A stretch of DNA of 64,000 nt from Candidatus Latescibacterota bacterium (GCA_965204725.1 OZ242005.1:2912001-2976000); one strand, 5' to 3'; numbered from the stretch's first letter, positions 30,502-40,708 are shown. Notes: generated by a model not told the origin, from the letters alone. Made by a program: numbers and translations.

Positions 30502-32937
30502 ATGCTCGACACCGCGACCAAACGCCGCATTGACACGGCCCGCGACATCCTCGTCGGCAAGGTGCCCGATCCCAAAAGCCAAGTGGAGCAGATTACCATC
30601 GCGCTCATCTACAAGTTTATGGACGACATCGACGCCGAGAGCGAGGAGTTGGGGGGGCAGCGCACGTTCTTTGCCGGCGAATTTGCCGGCTATGGATGGG
30701 CTAAGCTGATGCGGGCCGGCTTGGGCGGCCACGAAATGTTGAACCTATACGCCGAGGCCATTGCGCGGCTGCCGGAAAACCCAGGCATGCCGCCGTTGTT
30801 CCGCAGCATTTTCAACAACGCTTACCTTCCCTACCGCGACCCGGAGACCTTGCGCGCCTTCCTCAAGGTCATCGACGAGTTTACGTATGATCACAGCGAG
30901 CGGCTGGGCGATGCCTTTGAGTATCTGCTGTCGGTGCTGGGCTCGCAGGGCGACGCCGGGCAGTTTCGCACGCCGCGCCATATCATCGACTTCATGGTCG
31001 CTGTGATTGACCCTCAGAAAGACCAAACGGTGCTCGATCCGGCCTGTGGCACGGCCGGGTTCTTGATTTCGTCGTACAAGCACATTCTCAAGGCCAATAC
31101 CGACGCCGAGGGGCACAGTGTGCTGACGCCTGACGAAAAGGGGGCACTCGCGGCCAATTTCAGGGGCTATGACATTTCGCCCGATATGGTGCGGCTGTCG
31201 TTGGTGAATCTGTATCTGCACGGCTTTGTCGAGCCGCATATTGCCGAATACGATACCCTGACCAGCGAGGAGCGCTGGAACGAGTATGCCGACGTGATTT
31301 TGGCGAATCCGCCGTTTATGTCGCCCAAGGGCGGGATTCGCCCGCACAACCGCTTCTCGGTTCAGTCCAAGCGCAGCGAAGTGCTGTTTGTCGATTACAT
31401 TGCCGAACATCTGACGCCTGCGGGGCGGGCGGGTGTCATCGTGCCAGAGGGCATTATCTTTCAGAGCCAGCGTGCTCACAAGCAGTTGCGGAAGATGCTG
31501 GTCGAGGAGTATCTCGTCGCGGTGGTGTCGCTGCCGGCGGGGGTGTTTCAGCCTTATTCGGGGGTTAAGACGTCTATTCTGCTGCTGGACAGATCGCTTG
31601 CGACAAAGGCCGAGCACATTGCCTTTTTCAAGGTGGAGAACGATGGGTTTGATTTGGGGGCGCAGCGGCGGGAGATTGCCGAGAATGACTTGCCGACGGT
31701 GAAGGAGGAGCTTGGCGAATACTTGCGCCGTTTGCACACAGGAGAATCCGTGGCAGATTTCGCGCCAACGTTGGGACTGGTCAGTAAAAAAGAAAGAGTT
31801 GCAGAGGGTGGGGAATACAATCTGAGCGGGGAAAGGTATCGGGAGAGTGGAACAAGGCAGTCTGATTGGCCGGTGGTCTCGTTAGGAGAGCAAGAGATTT
31901 TCAGCGTTGAAAGTGGTGGCACACCTAAATCAGGGGTCAAGGAATACTGGAATGGTGGCGTCCCCTGGATCACGCTGGTTGACTTGCCGACAGGCGATTT
32001 CATCACAGAAATTACCGACACACAGAGGACGATAAGCGAGAAGGGTTTGCGGAACTCGGCTGCAAAGATGCTTCCTGCCAACTCTGTTGTTGTTTCATCA
32101 AGAGCGACCATTGGTCGAATCGGTATCAATCGCATACCTCTCGCCACCAACCAAGGCTTCAAAAATGTCGTTATCAAGGATATAAATAGGGCAATTCCTG
32201 AATACGTTGCATTGGCATTGACGAAATTGGTGCCGACAATGCAAGCCCAAGCCAGCGGATCAACTTACAAAGAAATTATCAAGTCAAGGTTCAGTGAACT
32301 ACGCATCCCTTTGCCGACACTGGAAGTCCAGAGAGAAATCGTGGCGGAGATTGAGGGCTATCAGCGGGTGATAGAGGGGGCGCGGGCGGTGGTGGAGAAC
32401 TGGCAGCCGCATATTGCGATTGATCCTGAGTGGCCGATGGTGGCGTTGGGAGAAGTCATCTCTTTGGAATACGGAAAACCACTCAAAGCCGAAAATCGAA
32501 TTGAAGGACCATATCCGGTATATGGATCAAATGGAATCGTCGGTTATCACAATGAATGTTTGATTGAGGGACCAGCCATCATTGTGGGGCGAAAAGGTTC
32601 TGCGGGTGCCGTCAATTTTTGCGAGACGCCGTGTTACCCAATAGATACGACGTTCTTTGTCCGTATCAGAGAGCAACAGCAGCTTGATGTCCGATTTTGC
32701 TACTATCAGATGCTTGAGCTTGAGTTGGACAAGGTAAATGTCCAGTCTGGTGTTCCGGGTCTAAATCGGAACGATGCGTACCTCAAAACGATAGCCGTCC
32801 CACCTCTCGAAACCCAGCAAGCCCTCGTCGCTGAGATTGCGGCAGAGCAGGCGTTGGTGGATGGCAGCCGGGAGTTGATCGAGCGATTCGAGGAGAAGAT
32901 ACGCGATGCGGTGGGGCGGGTGTGGGAGGAGGAATAG
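30502..32937 (+). CDS. Type I HsdM-HsdS fusion, allele B
   Basis: Near-identical to 14484-16427 (MTase plus TRD1); different TRD2 (LEYGKPLK...GPYPVYGSNGIVG, GRKGSAG, VPGLNRN). Confidence 0.93.
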   Translation: MLDTATKRRIDTARDILVGKVPDPKSQVEQITIALIYKFMDDIDAESEELGGQRTFFAGEFAGYGWAKLMRAGLGGHEMLNLYAEAIARLPENPGMPPLFRSIFNNAYLPYRDPETLRAFLKVIDEFTYDHSERLGDAFEYLLSVLGSQGDAGQFRTPRHIIDFMVAVIDPQKDQTVLDPACGTAGFLISSYKHILKANTDAEGHSVLTPDEKGALAANFRGYDISPDMVRLSLVNLYLHGFVEPHIAEYDTLTSEERWNEYADVILANPPFMSPKGGIRPHNRFSVQSKRSEVLFVDYIAEHLTPAGRAGVIVPEGIIFQSQRAHKQLRKMLVEEYLVAVVSLPAGVFQPYSGVKTSILLLDRSLATKAEHIAFFKVENDGFDLGAQRREIAENDLPTVKEELGEYLRRLHTGESVADFAPTLGLVSKKERVAEGGEYNLSGERYRESGTRQSDWPVVSLGEQEIFSVESGGTPKSGVKEYWNGGVPWITLVDLPTGDFITEITDTQRTISEKGLRNSAAKMLPANSVVVSSRATIGRIGINRIPLATNQGFKNVVIKDINRAIPEYVALALTKLVPTMQAQASGSTYKEIIKSRFSELRIPLPTLEVQREIVAEIEGYQRVIEGARAVVENWQPHIAIDPEWPMVALGEVISLEYGKPLKAENRIEGPYPVYGSNGIVGYHNECLIEGPAIIVGRKGSAGAVNFCETPCYPIDTTFFVRIREQQQLDVRFCYYQMLELELDKVNVQSGVPGLNRNDAYLKTIAVPPLETQQALVAEIAAEQALVDGSRELIERFEEKIRDAVGRVWEEE

Positions 32938-32961
32938 ACTAAAAGCTGAGCGGAAAGTTTA

Positions 32962-33691
32962 TCAGTTCGGTTGATGGTGTTTTGGCAGGTGTTTTTGAAT
33001 CTCTTGGAAAATCTCACGCATACCACTCGGCAGATCTTGGCATATCAACGGCTCGGATTTCTCCAACAACCGACATATTCTATAGCGGTCACATAGGATA
33101 CAGTTGACGGTACGTGACCGGTCTTCCCGCCATTCTGTGAGGTTGATGCGCGGGATGGGCATTTAATTTTTTTGCCAATGCCGGAATGGCCTCTGTATCG
33201 GACCATCCAAGACTTTTTCTATCCCCGCTGTTTTGACTGAACAGAAAAATCTCTGCCCAACCGGGAAACAACGCCTGCATCGCCTCTTTGCACAGATTTT
33301 CAAACTGCACCCTCAAAGTCTGTCGCAAAGAGCGAATAATCCGATTGTGGCACGAACAAGCCAGCAAGAACAGATACGACAAATAGTGTTTCTCGGACGT
33401 CTGAGGTGCAAACTGCACTTCGCCATCATCTTGCATGAAGGGATAGATTCTCCCCAACCATAAGGCGCGGTTTTTGATAAGATCCATAGCATCTTCAATA
33501 GCATCTTCAAACTGCTCGCCTTGTAAAAAATTATCCTCTTCCTCTGAAAAAATCTCTCTTTGAACTGCGTCAAATTCTGCGCGTGTGAAATGACCGTCGT
33601 ATTCGTTATTCAGTGCGACGGTCAACTCGATGCAGTCGGCTAAATCAACGACATCTTTAACTATCTCTTGACTCCAAGGAAAATCAATCAT
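32962..33691 (-). pseudogene. Third gene of the Dcm-ParB module, frameshifted or internally deleted
   Basis: ORF 33089-33691 (LADCIEL..YPF..YLFLL..FENLC) continues in another frame 32962-33162 (ILCDRYRICRLL). Confidence 0.65.
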
Positions 33692-33724
33692 CGTGAATCC
33701 ACTTTTAAGTGGTTGATTGTGTCA

Positions 33725-34831
33725 TCAAGCATGTCCATTTTTTAAGCGATTGATTGTGTCATCAAGCATGTTCATTGCTTCTTGGACACTCTCCACTGCC
33801 TCTTGGTCATCTGCCTCTTGGTCATCGGACGATAGGGAGTATAGATTTAAGTTTGCTTGTTTAAGATGATCTTTTGCTTGCTCAAGATGATCTATGGCTA
33901 AGGTTATATCTTGTAAAAATACCTCCCTGTTATCTATTGTAGCACTATAAGCACTGTCCAATGACGCACCTTGCCGGAGCTTTTTCAGTGCATCCGGATT
34001 TTCTATTACCGCATTCAATTTGGGAATGTTTCGAGACTCGCCGAGACGTGTAGAACCCTGACTATCTTTTTTGAACATCCACTCCGTGAGTTCTTTAAGG
34101 GGTTCTTTCTTTAAGGATTTTGGATTGGCAATGGGGTGTGGCGCTCTACTGTCTCCCTGTCTGACGCCAACAAATGACGCGATTCCCGCGTTTGCGATAG
34201 CCGTATAGAACGTGCCAAACCGAAAACTTCCTTCGTTTAGATCGTCAATACCAAAAAAGTCGCGTTTCGCAATGGCTTCGTACGCCGCCAAAGCATCTAG
34301 ATTACGCCGGACTGCATCGCGCCTGCTGCCGATCTCACGAGCAACTTCCCGACAGCGTTCCTTCGGTTCGCCCGATGCTTGCTCGAACAACGATTTCAAG
34401 TATCGTGCCTTTGCCAAAGGATCCCATCGTTGGACCCCAGAAATATGGCGAAAGCCCAGATATTGCAGGGCATCATATCTTGAGTTGACTATAAACGCTG
34501 GAATATCGGTCGGCTTGTTTTTAGCTTCTTCTGACGCTCCTGTAATGCTTTTACGGTTGCTCGCCAATCTCGGGTTTTGCAACAGTTTCAATGCTACCAG
34601 CCTGCGGTTGCCCTCCAAGACTGTGTATTTGCCGTTTTCAGCAGACGTTACGACGATGGCTTCGCCCTGGAAAAACCCGTTCTCCCCGATTGAGATCATC
34701 AAGTCCGCAATGCCGGTTTTTGTCGCCAAATACTCGATAATGGCGCTTTCTTCTGTTCCTACTGTAGTCGGCAGACGCGGATTTTGCTTGTCGAATTCGA
34801 GATCGTCAATATTGAGTGTCTTAAAATTCAT
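33725..34831 (-). CDS. ParB/Srx N-terminal domain protein
   Basis: FDKQNPRL, SIGENGF, VLEGNRRLVALK, HISGVQRWDPLAKARY. Confidence 0.85.
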   Translation of the reverse strand: MNFKTLNIDDLEFDKQNPRLPTTVGTEESAIIEYLATKTGIADLMISIGENGFFQGEAIVVTSAENGKYTVLEGNRRLVALKLLQNPRLASNRKSITGASEEAKNKPTDIPAFIVNSRYDALQYLGFRHISGVQRWDPLAKARYLKSLFEQASGEPKERCREVAREIGSRRDAVRRNLDALAAYEAIAKRDFFGIDDLNEGSFRFGTFYTAIANAGIASFVGVRQGDSRAPHPIANPKSLKKEPLKELTEWMFKKDSQGSTRLGESRNIPKLNAVIENPDALKKLRQGASLDSAYSATIDNREVFLQDITLAIDHLEQAKDHLKQANLNLYSLSSDDQEADDQEAVESVQEAMNMLDDTINRLKNGHA

Positions 34832-35853
34832 GAGAACACCTCTCCCGGTAGGGCTTCAAAAATTTGTCGAAAGATCATCGGCGGCACGGCATTGCCAATG
34901 ACCTTGTATTTACTCATCAATCCCGTCGTGTCTGGAAACTCCCAATTACCGAGGTCTTGAAGAACTGCTGCTTCTTTGTACGAAAGCCGGCGGGCTTTTT
35001 TCGGATCTCCTTGGAAAATCCATTTATCTCTGCCTATCTTTTTTAGCGGCGGGCTCATTGGGTGCAACTGCATGTGGCGTGCGTTTGCGAGTATTGTTTT
35101 GCTTGGCTCATCCCATCTGCGATAGCGGTCACGGGAGAGATAATACCAATGAAAATCCTGATTAAAAAATTCGCCTTCAGGCCATTCTTCCTTCAAGTCT
35201 CCTAAGAAATCCCGCTGTGTTTTCACCGGTTTCAATCCCGGTCCGTGTGTGGGTTTTGGAAACTCGTATTTTACGCCGAAATCTGAGCGAATACCGACGA
35301 TAAAAATCCGTCGTCTTTCTTGCGCCAGACCATACTGTGCGGCATTGATGAAGTCCCAGTTGACGCGGTATCCAGCCAAACGGAAACGGACGAGTTGTGC
35401 ATTTAAAAAATGCCGATTGTTACTCCTCGCCATGCCAGATACGTTTTCTACAATAAAGACTTTGGGACGGATCTTTCGTAGGGCGCGATCAAATTCGCGG
35501 TAAAGTCTATTGATTTTGCGCCCAGCATCACGCGCTCCGCCTTGACAATAGCCTTGGCAAGGATAGCATCCCGCTAAAACATCCGCTGACGGAAAGGCTT
35601 TGATTTGATCAACGCTATCGGTCTTGAAATCAGTCTCGGGGAGATTGGCTTCATAGACCTCTTTGGCATAGGCCAGAATATCGTTTGCCATCAGAATCTC
35701 GCAGCCTGCATCAATCAGCCCTTTATCGGAACCTCCGCATCCGGTAAAAAGAGAAACCGTTTTCAACGCGCACCTTTGAATGTTTCTACCAAGGATGCCT
35801 GTATTCAGGGTTTGGGATGACATGCTGCTATTCAGGCTGCCTTTATTCAGCAT
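34828..35853 (-). CDS. DNA (cytosine-5)-methyltransferase
   Basis: LFTGCGG, YPCQG, ENV, QERRRIF, IGNAVPP. Confidence 0.95.
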   Translation of the reverse strand: MLNKGSLNSSMSSQTLNTGILGRNIQRCALKTVSLFTGCGGSDKGLIDAGCEILMANDILAYAKEVYEANLPETDFKTDSVDQIKAFPSADVLAGCYPCQGYCQGGARDAGRKINRLYREFDRALRKIRPKVFIVENVSGMARSNNRHFLNAQLVRFRLAGYRVNWDFINAAQYGLAQERRRIFIVGIRSDFGVKYEFPKPTHGPGLKPVKTQRDFLGDLKEEWPEGEFFNQDFHWYYLSRDRYRRWDEPSKTILANARHMQLHPMSPPLKKIGRDKWIFQGDPKKARRLSYKEAAVLQDLGNWEFPDTTGLMSKYKVIGNAVPPMIFRQIFEALPGEVFS

Positions 35854-35969
35854 AGCCTTATCCTTTTTTGCCGAGCAACTGGTAGGTAACGCTTAATTAT
35901 ACAATAATACATACAAAAGGAAAACCGCCGAGTCGCCGCCAACCGCGGCTGAACGGATAGCGCAAACGC

Positions 35970-36215
35970 TCCAAGCCACCATCGCTTCCCCAATCAGGCC
36001 ATCGGCCTCTGCGACAAGCCGATCTCCTTGGTGGTGCCTAGGCCGAAGCGGATTTCGTAAGCCGTGTCAAAAATCATGGCGTCGTCCTTTCGGGCGGGGA
36101 ATATAGGGTTGACGCGAAGGGAGAGGCAAAGTCTATTAAAAGAGCTTTGACAGGGACTGGCTCGAACCCGTTTGAATCGTATTTTTTTACCGCCACCGGA
36201 GGACTAGGCCATGGC
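35970..36215. pseudogene. Collapsed ghost of NYN-ADH-hisI (27845-30336)
   Basis: Colinear fragments matching 27845-27891, 29707-29861 and 30278-30336 are joined directly. Confidence 0.9.
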
Positions 36216-36738
36216 CAATGCCGTGATTGTCGTTGACATGCAGAACGGCTTTATGCGTTCAGACGGGGCGCTCTACTGCGGGGATCAAGCGCGGGCGATC
36301 ATCCCGCGCATCGCCGCACGGGTCGAGCGCGAACAGGCCGCTGGGGCCGCGCTTTTTTTTACTCAAGACAGCCACACCGCCAGCGACCGCGAGTTTGAGA
36401 TGTTTCCGCCCCACTGCATCGAAGGCAGCGAGGAAGAGCGCATCATCGCCGAGTTGGCGCCATTGGCCCAAGACGCGCAGATTGTCAAGAAGCGGCGCTA
36501 CAGTGCCTTTTTCGAGACCGAACTGGCCGCGATGTTGGCCGCGCTGGCACCGGACAAGGTCGTGGTCATGGGCGATTGCACGGACATTTGCGTCCTGCAC
36601 ACCGTGGCCGGGCTGCGCAATCGCGACTATGCAGTCAAGGTCCCGGCCGATTGCGTCGCCAGCTTTGATCCCCAACAACACGAATGGGCCTTGGGGCACC
36701 TAGAGAAAATCCTCGGGGCCGAGGTGACGAACCGCTGA
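36211..36738 (+). CDS. pncA: Nicotinamidase / isochorismatase family cysteine hydrolase
   Basis: VVDMQNGF, QDSH, FPPHC, KRRYSAF, CTDICV; GGAGG RBS; directly upstream of pncB. Confidence 0.85.
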   Translation: MANAVIVVDMQNGFMRSDGALYCGDQARAIIPRIAARVEREQAAGAALFFTQDSHTASDREFEMFPPHCIEGSEEERIIAELAPLAQDAQIVKKRRYSAFFETELAAMLAALAPDKVVVMGDCTDICVLHTVAGLRNRDYAVKVPADCVASFDPQQHEWALGHLEKILGAEVTNR

Positions 36739-37458
36739 TGGCAGAGCGCGACCTATACGCGCCCTCGGCGGCTACGCTGGCGGGCGACAACGCGGACATT
36801 TACTTCCGCCGCAGTTGCGACATCCTCGCGGCCGAGCAGCTCAATCCGGTCGTGGCGATGGAGGTGTTTGCCCGGCAGCGCGCCCTGCTGTGCGGCTTGC
36901 GCGAGGCGCAGGCCCTCTTGCGGCAGGTGCTCGGCCCAGAGGCCGAGGTGTGGAGCTTGGACGAAGGGGATTGGATCGAGCCGCACGAAGTCGTATTGCG
37001 GATTTGCGCGCCGTACCGGCAGTTCGGGCTGTACGAGACCGCGCTGCTGGGAATGCTCAGCAGCGAGACCGGGTGGGCCACGGCGGCCGCAGAATGCGTG
37101 GCGGCCGCCGACGGAGTCCCGATCGTCAGCTTCGGTGCGCGGCACGTCCACCCGGAGGTCAGCGCCCGGATGGAATACGCGGCCATCGTCGGAGGGTGCG
37201 CCGGATGCGCCACCCCGCGCGGGGCCGCCCTCGCCGGCATTGAGGCAACCGGGACCATGCCGCACGCCTTGATCTTGTGCCTCGGCGACACGCTCAAGGC
37301 CGTCGAGGCTTTTGACCGCCACATCGACGCCGAGGTCGAGCGCATCGCGCTGGTTGACACCTTTAGGGACGAAGCCGAAGAGAGCCTGCGGTTGGCCGCG
37401 GCCTTGGGCGAGAGGCTATGGGGGGTGCGGCTAGACACCCCCAGCGAGCGCGGCGGCG
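36738..37458 (+). pseudogene. pncB: Nicotinate phosphoribosyltransferase, N-terminal part (interrupted)
   Basis: ADIYF, LYETALLG, SFGARHVHP, GTMPHA, LVDTF, GVRLDTPSERGG, then an abrupt change to foreign sequence. Confidence 0.9.
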
Positions 37459-37505
37459 GGTTGGTTTGTATTTTGGTTTCTCACAGGTCATACTCCTGTC
37501 GATAC

Positions 37506-37551
37506 GGGCTGATACCGAAACCTTGGCTGAGGTGGTATCGGCCCTTTTTTT
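37506..37551 (+). terminator. Intrinsic terminator-like hairpin
   Basis: GGGCTGATACC...GGTATCGGCCC followed by a T7 tract. Confidence 0.65.
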
Positions 37552-37883
37552 GTTTGGGCGGCTGGTTGGTTCTGTTGGGGAGGTGCCTCGGCGCGGTCGG
37601 GGAGGGGATGAGTGACCATTCCGCCAATTTGCGGAATGGTTCTGGTGCCTCGGCGCGGTCGAGGAGGTGCTCGCGCTGGCCTCGTGGCACCAAGTATAGC
37701 CGTCTTTGTCGCGGACGGCAAACGGCGGGCTACCATATCTTGTGGTCGGTGGTGGTTTTGGCGGCGCGGTTGGCGACCACAAGATGTAGTGGTTCGGGGT
37801 CGTTATTGAAAAAACGGCATAATTATCAATTTTTTGTGGTTGGTCTGTATTTGGTTAGTGGGCAAGGCTTATAAAAGTTAGCT

Positions 37884-38414
37884 ATGGAGGGTATTATCGT
37901 GGCTAAGAAGGGGAAGGGTAAGAATAGGACCAAGAAGGACAAGAAGGCGTGGGATGGCCCGTTTTTAGCGGATCCGTGTTGGGATCGGTATGATCCGACG
38001 AAGGCGCGGTTGTTGTTGTTGCCGCGGTCGGCGGCTAGGGATGGGGGTGCGGCGGCTACGGCGACTCGGTGGGATTGGGCGTTTGATCCGTACTGCACGT
38101 TGCGGATCTATCTGGGTTCGTCTTTTCAGCGGCAGGTGGAGGCGGTGTCGGAACAGATGGGTAAGGAGCCTGCGGAGGTGATTCGCCCTGCGGCGTTGGC
38201 TACTATCGCGTTGTGTTTGGCGGAGGAGTATCGGGAGGGTCGTGCTTCGGCTGGGGGTAGTTTCATGGCTTCTCAGTGGATGCAGTTGGTGGGTCATGAT
38301 CTGTCGCCCGATGAGGGACAAGTCTATATGGAGCTGGCGGCGAGCTACTTGAGCGGTCAAGGCGGTCAAGGTGCAGGCCCGGAGGAGGATGCAGGCCCGG
38401 AGGAGGACGGCTAG
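37884..38414 (+). CDS. Hypothetical protein of the element
   Basis: 176 aa ORF; basic N-terminus; ends in an 18-bp tandem repeat (AGPEED x2). Confidence 0.6.
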   Translation: MEGIIVAKKGKGKNRTKKDKKAWDGPFLADPCWDRYDPTKARLLLLPRSAARDGGAAATATRWDWAFDPYCTLRIYLGSSFQRQVEAVSEQMGKEPAEVIRPAALATIALCLAEEYREGRASAGGSFMASQWMQLVGHDLSPDEGQVYMELAASYLSGQGGQGAGPEEDAGPEEDG

Positions 38415-38849
38415 GCAGGCCCTTGCCATCTTCGGCTTGACACCGGACCTTTAGGATGCTCGGAGACACCGAGCACTATGAAGAACAGACAGGCTGCTGC
38501 GCGGCTGGTTCGTGCATCTTCAAACCTCCTGTGCGGCTGGTTGCGCGGCGGCTTGATAAACTGAAATTGGCAGTACGAATAGCTCTGGTAAGGAGGGGCT
38601 ATTTACCGCGGTACTTGCACCGTGGGGCGTTCAGCGCGAGGTTGATTGTTGCGCTGAGACTTTTAACTCTGTTATGCGCCGGGGCTATCAGACACTCATT
38701 ACGACCTATGGTTGTGGGTGTCTGATGGCTTCGGTTTTTTTTGTGCTGTGGCCGTGACCGCGGCCATGGTCGATGGGGGCTTGGAACCTTGCGGCGGATC
38801 GGGTCATTCGGCTGTGAACCGATTGGCGTAGGCACGGGTATTTAGAGAG

Positions 38850-40367
38850 ATGAAGGCGACTGATCTAATCGAGTGGATCGAGACTTCGTTGAAGCTGGTG
38901 AGCGGCTTTAGGGCGGGGCAACCGTTTAAGCTGCTTACTTGGCAGCGGCAGTTTTTGCGGGGTGCCTTTAAGCGGGGTGTCTATCGGTCTGCGCTCTCTA
39001 TTGCGCGGGGCCCGGGTAAGACGAGCCTAATGGGCGCGGTGGCTTCGGCGGCGTTGGCTGGTCCTCTTCGTCAAGCGCGTGGCGAGGTGCTACTGGTCGC
39101 CAGTTCGCTAGAGCAGGCGCGGATACTGTTTCAAGGTACGGTGTCTTTTTTGCAGCCTACGATGGCGAAGGATCCGTCTCAGTGGCGTCTTACAGACAAC
39201 CAACAGCGGGCGATTTTAGAGCATCGGCCTAGCGGTTCGCGTGTGCTCGCGGTGGCGAGTGATCCGCGGCGGGCGCATGGCAAGCGGCCTAGTTTGGTGT
39301 TGTGCGATGAGGGTGCTCAGTGGCCGGTCGCTACGGCGGATAAGATGTACGCGGCGTTGAATACGGCGTTGGGTAAGGTGTCGGATAGTCGGTTGATCGC
39401 GGTTGGTACGCGACCCGAAGATCAAAGTCATTGGTTTCAGCGGCTGCTTGAGGATGCTGATTTTTCGATGTGCTATGCGGCGGATTCGGATGACGATCCG
39501 CTTTCGGAGGCTACTTGGGTCAAGGCGTGTCCTCAGCTCAAGCAGTTGCCGCACTTGCATCGGATGGTTCGGCGGGAGGCTGAGGATGCTCGGCGCGATC
39601 CTGCGCTCATGGCCCAGTTTCGTGCTTTGCGGTGCAATATGGGTGTCTCTGATAGCCCTATTTTGCCTTTGTGTACGGTCGAGGAGTGGCAGGGTGCTGA
39701 GGATGTCTATGGCGCGGCCAAGCGCGAGGGTCCGATGTATTGGGGTTTGGATTTGGGGGCTACGGCGGCCATGTGCGGTATAGGTTCGTATTGGCCTGTG
39801 TCGGGTCGCTTAGAGGGGTTGGGTGCGTTCCCGGGCAAACCGTCTATTGAGGCGCGGGAGCGCGGCGATGGGGTCAAGTCGGGTCTGTATCAGGCGATGG
39901 TTGATCGAGGGGAATTATTGGTTCTAGGGAACAAAGTGGTTTTAGTGCATGACTTTTTAGGCCGCGCGGAGTCTGTGTTCGGCGGTCGGCCTGTGCGGAT
40001 CGCTTGTGATCGGTGGCGTTTGGGCGAGTTAGAGGATGCGCTCAAGGAGTTGGGTTGGTCAGAGGTACGAATAGAAAAACGGGGGATGGGGTATAAAGAC
40101 GGCGGTACGGATGTGAGGACATTCAAGAATGCTTTTTTATCGGGCAAGGTGCTCCCGGTCCCTTCGCTGTTGCTGCGGTCGGCGGTGGGTGAGACGCGGT
40201 TGGTATCGGATCCTGCGGGTAATCAGAAGATCGCGAAGAAGGCCGAGGGGGGTCGTAGGCGGGGCGGTCGGGATGATCCTGCGGTCGGGTCTGTGCTGGC
40301 GGTGAGCATGGCCGAGCGGGTGCCTGTACCTGTGAAGCCCGTGTTGGTGCATGTCCCGTTTAGGTGA
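38850..40367 (+). CDS. Terminase large subunit (Terminase_1 type)
   Basis: LLTWQR, SIARGPGKTS Walker A, ASSLEQAR, VLCDE Walker B, GLDLG, CDRWR, DPAGNQK, RDDPAV. Confidence 0.92.
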   Translation: MKATDLIEWIETSLKLVSGFRAGQPFKLLTWQRQFLRGAFKRGVYRSALSIARGPGKTSLMGAVASAALAGPLRQARGEVLLVASSLEQARILFQGTVSFLQPTMAKDPSQWRLTDNQQRAILEHRPSGSRVLAVASDPRRAHGKRPSLVLCDEGAQWPVATADKMYAALNTALGKVSDSRLIAVGTRPEDQSHWFQRLLEDADFSMCYAADSDDDPLSEATWVKACPQLKQLPHLHRMVRREAEDARRDPALMAQFRALRCNMGVSDSPILPLCTVEEWQGAEDVYGAAKREGPMYWGLDLGATAAMCGIGSYWPVSGRLEGLGAFPGKPSIEARERGDGVKSGLYQAMVDRGELLVLGNKVVLVHDFLGRAESVFGGRPVRIACDRWRLGELEDALKELGWSEVRIEKRGMGYKDGGTDVRTFKNAFLSGKVLPVPSLLLRSAVGETRLVSDPAGNQKIAKKAEGGRRRGGRDDPAVGSVLAVSMAERVPVPVKPVLVHVPFR

Positions 40368-40373
40368 GGGTCG

Positions 40374-40697
40374 ATGAGTTCTCTTGCAGAGCGTCAAGCG
40401 GTCTATGGGACTCGTAAATGGCGGTCTTTACGCGCCCTGACCCTTAAAAAGGCTGGTTATTTGTGCCAGTGCGCGGAGTGTCGGGCGCACGGGCTTACGA
40501 AGGCTGCGGAGCTGGTCCACCATGTCACGGCGTGGCAGCATGTAGCGGAGCACGAACGTATGCAGTGGGCATTTGATCCAGAGAATCTTATGGCGGTGAG
40601 TCGGGATTGTCATGCTCGACTACACGCTAAGCACGATGAGTCGGCCAAGGACGTGCATGAGCGCGGTTGGGATCGGCTAGTCAAGCAAACCATGTAG
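40374..40697 (+). CDS. Terminase-associated HNH endonuclease
   Basis: YGTRKWRSLR..CQCAEC..AELVHHV..NLMAVSRDCHARLH. Confidence 0.9.
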   Translation: MSSLAERQAVYGTRKWRSLRALTLKKAGYLCQCAECRAHGLTKAAELVHHVTAWQHVAEHERMQWAFDPENLMAVSRDCHARLHAKHDESAKDVHERGWDRLVKQTM

Positions 40698-40708
40698 GAG
40701 TTTTGATC

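Noticed and set aside
14484-32937. Invertible hsdS shufflon
   Set aside because: The copies are direct, not inverted, and no site-specific recombinase is present.
37582-37661. 18-bp direct repeats 62 bp apart as a CRISPR mini-array
   Set aside because: The repeats are too short, resemble no repeat family I recognise, and the spacer is itself a perfect hairpin.
37459-37874. Read-through extension of pncB (ORF 36684-37874) as a real fusion domain
   Set aside because: Chance open frame across G+T-rich, hairpin-dense sequence; the composition is not protein-like.
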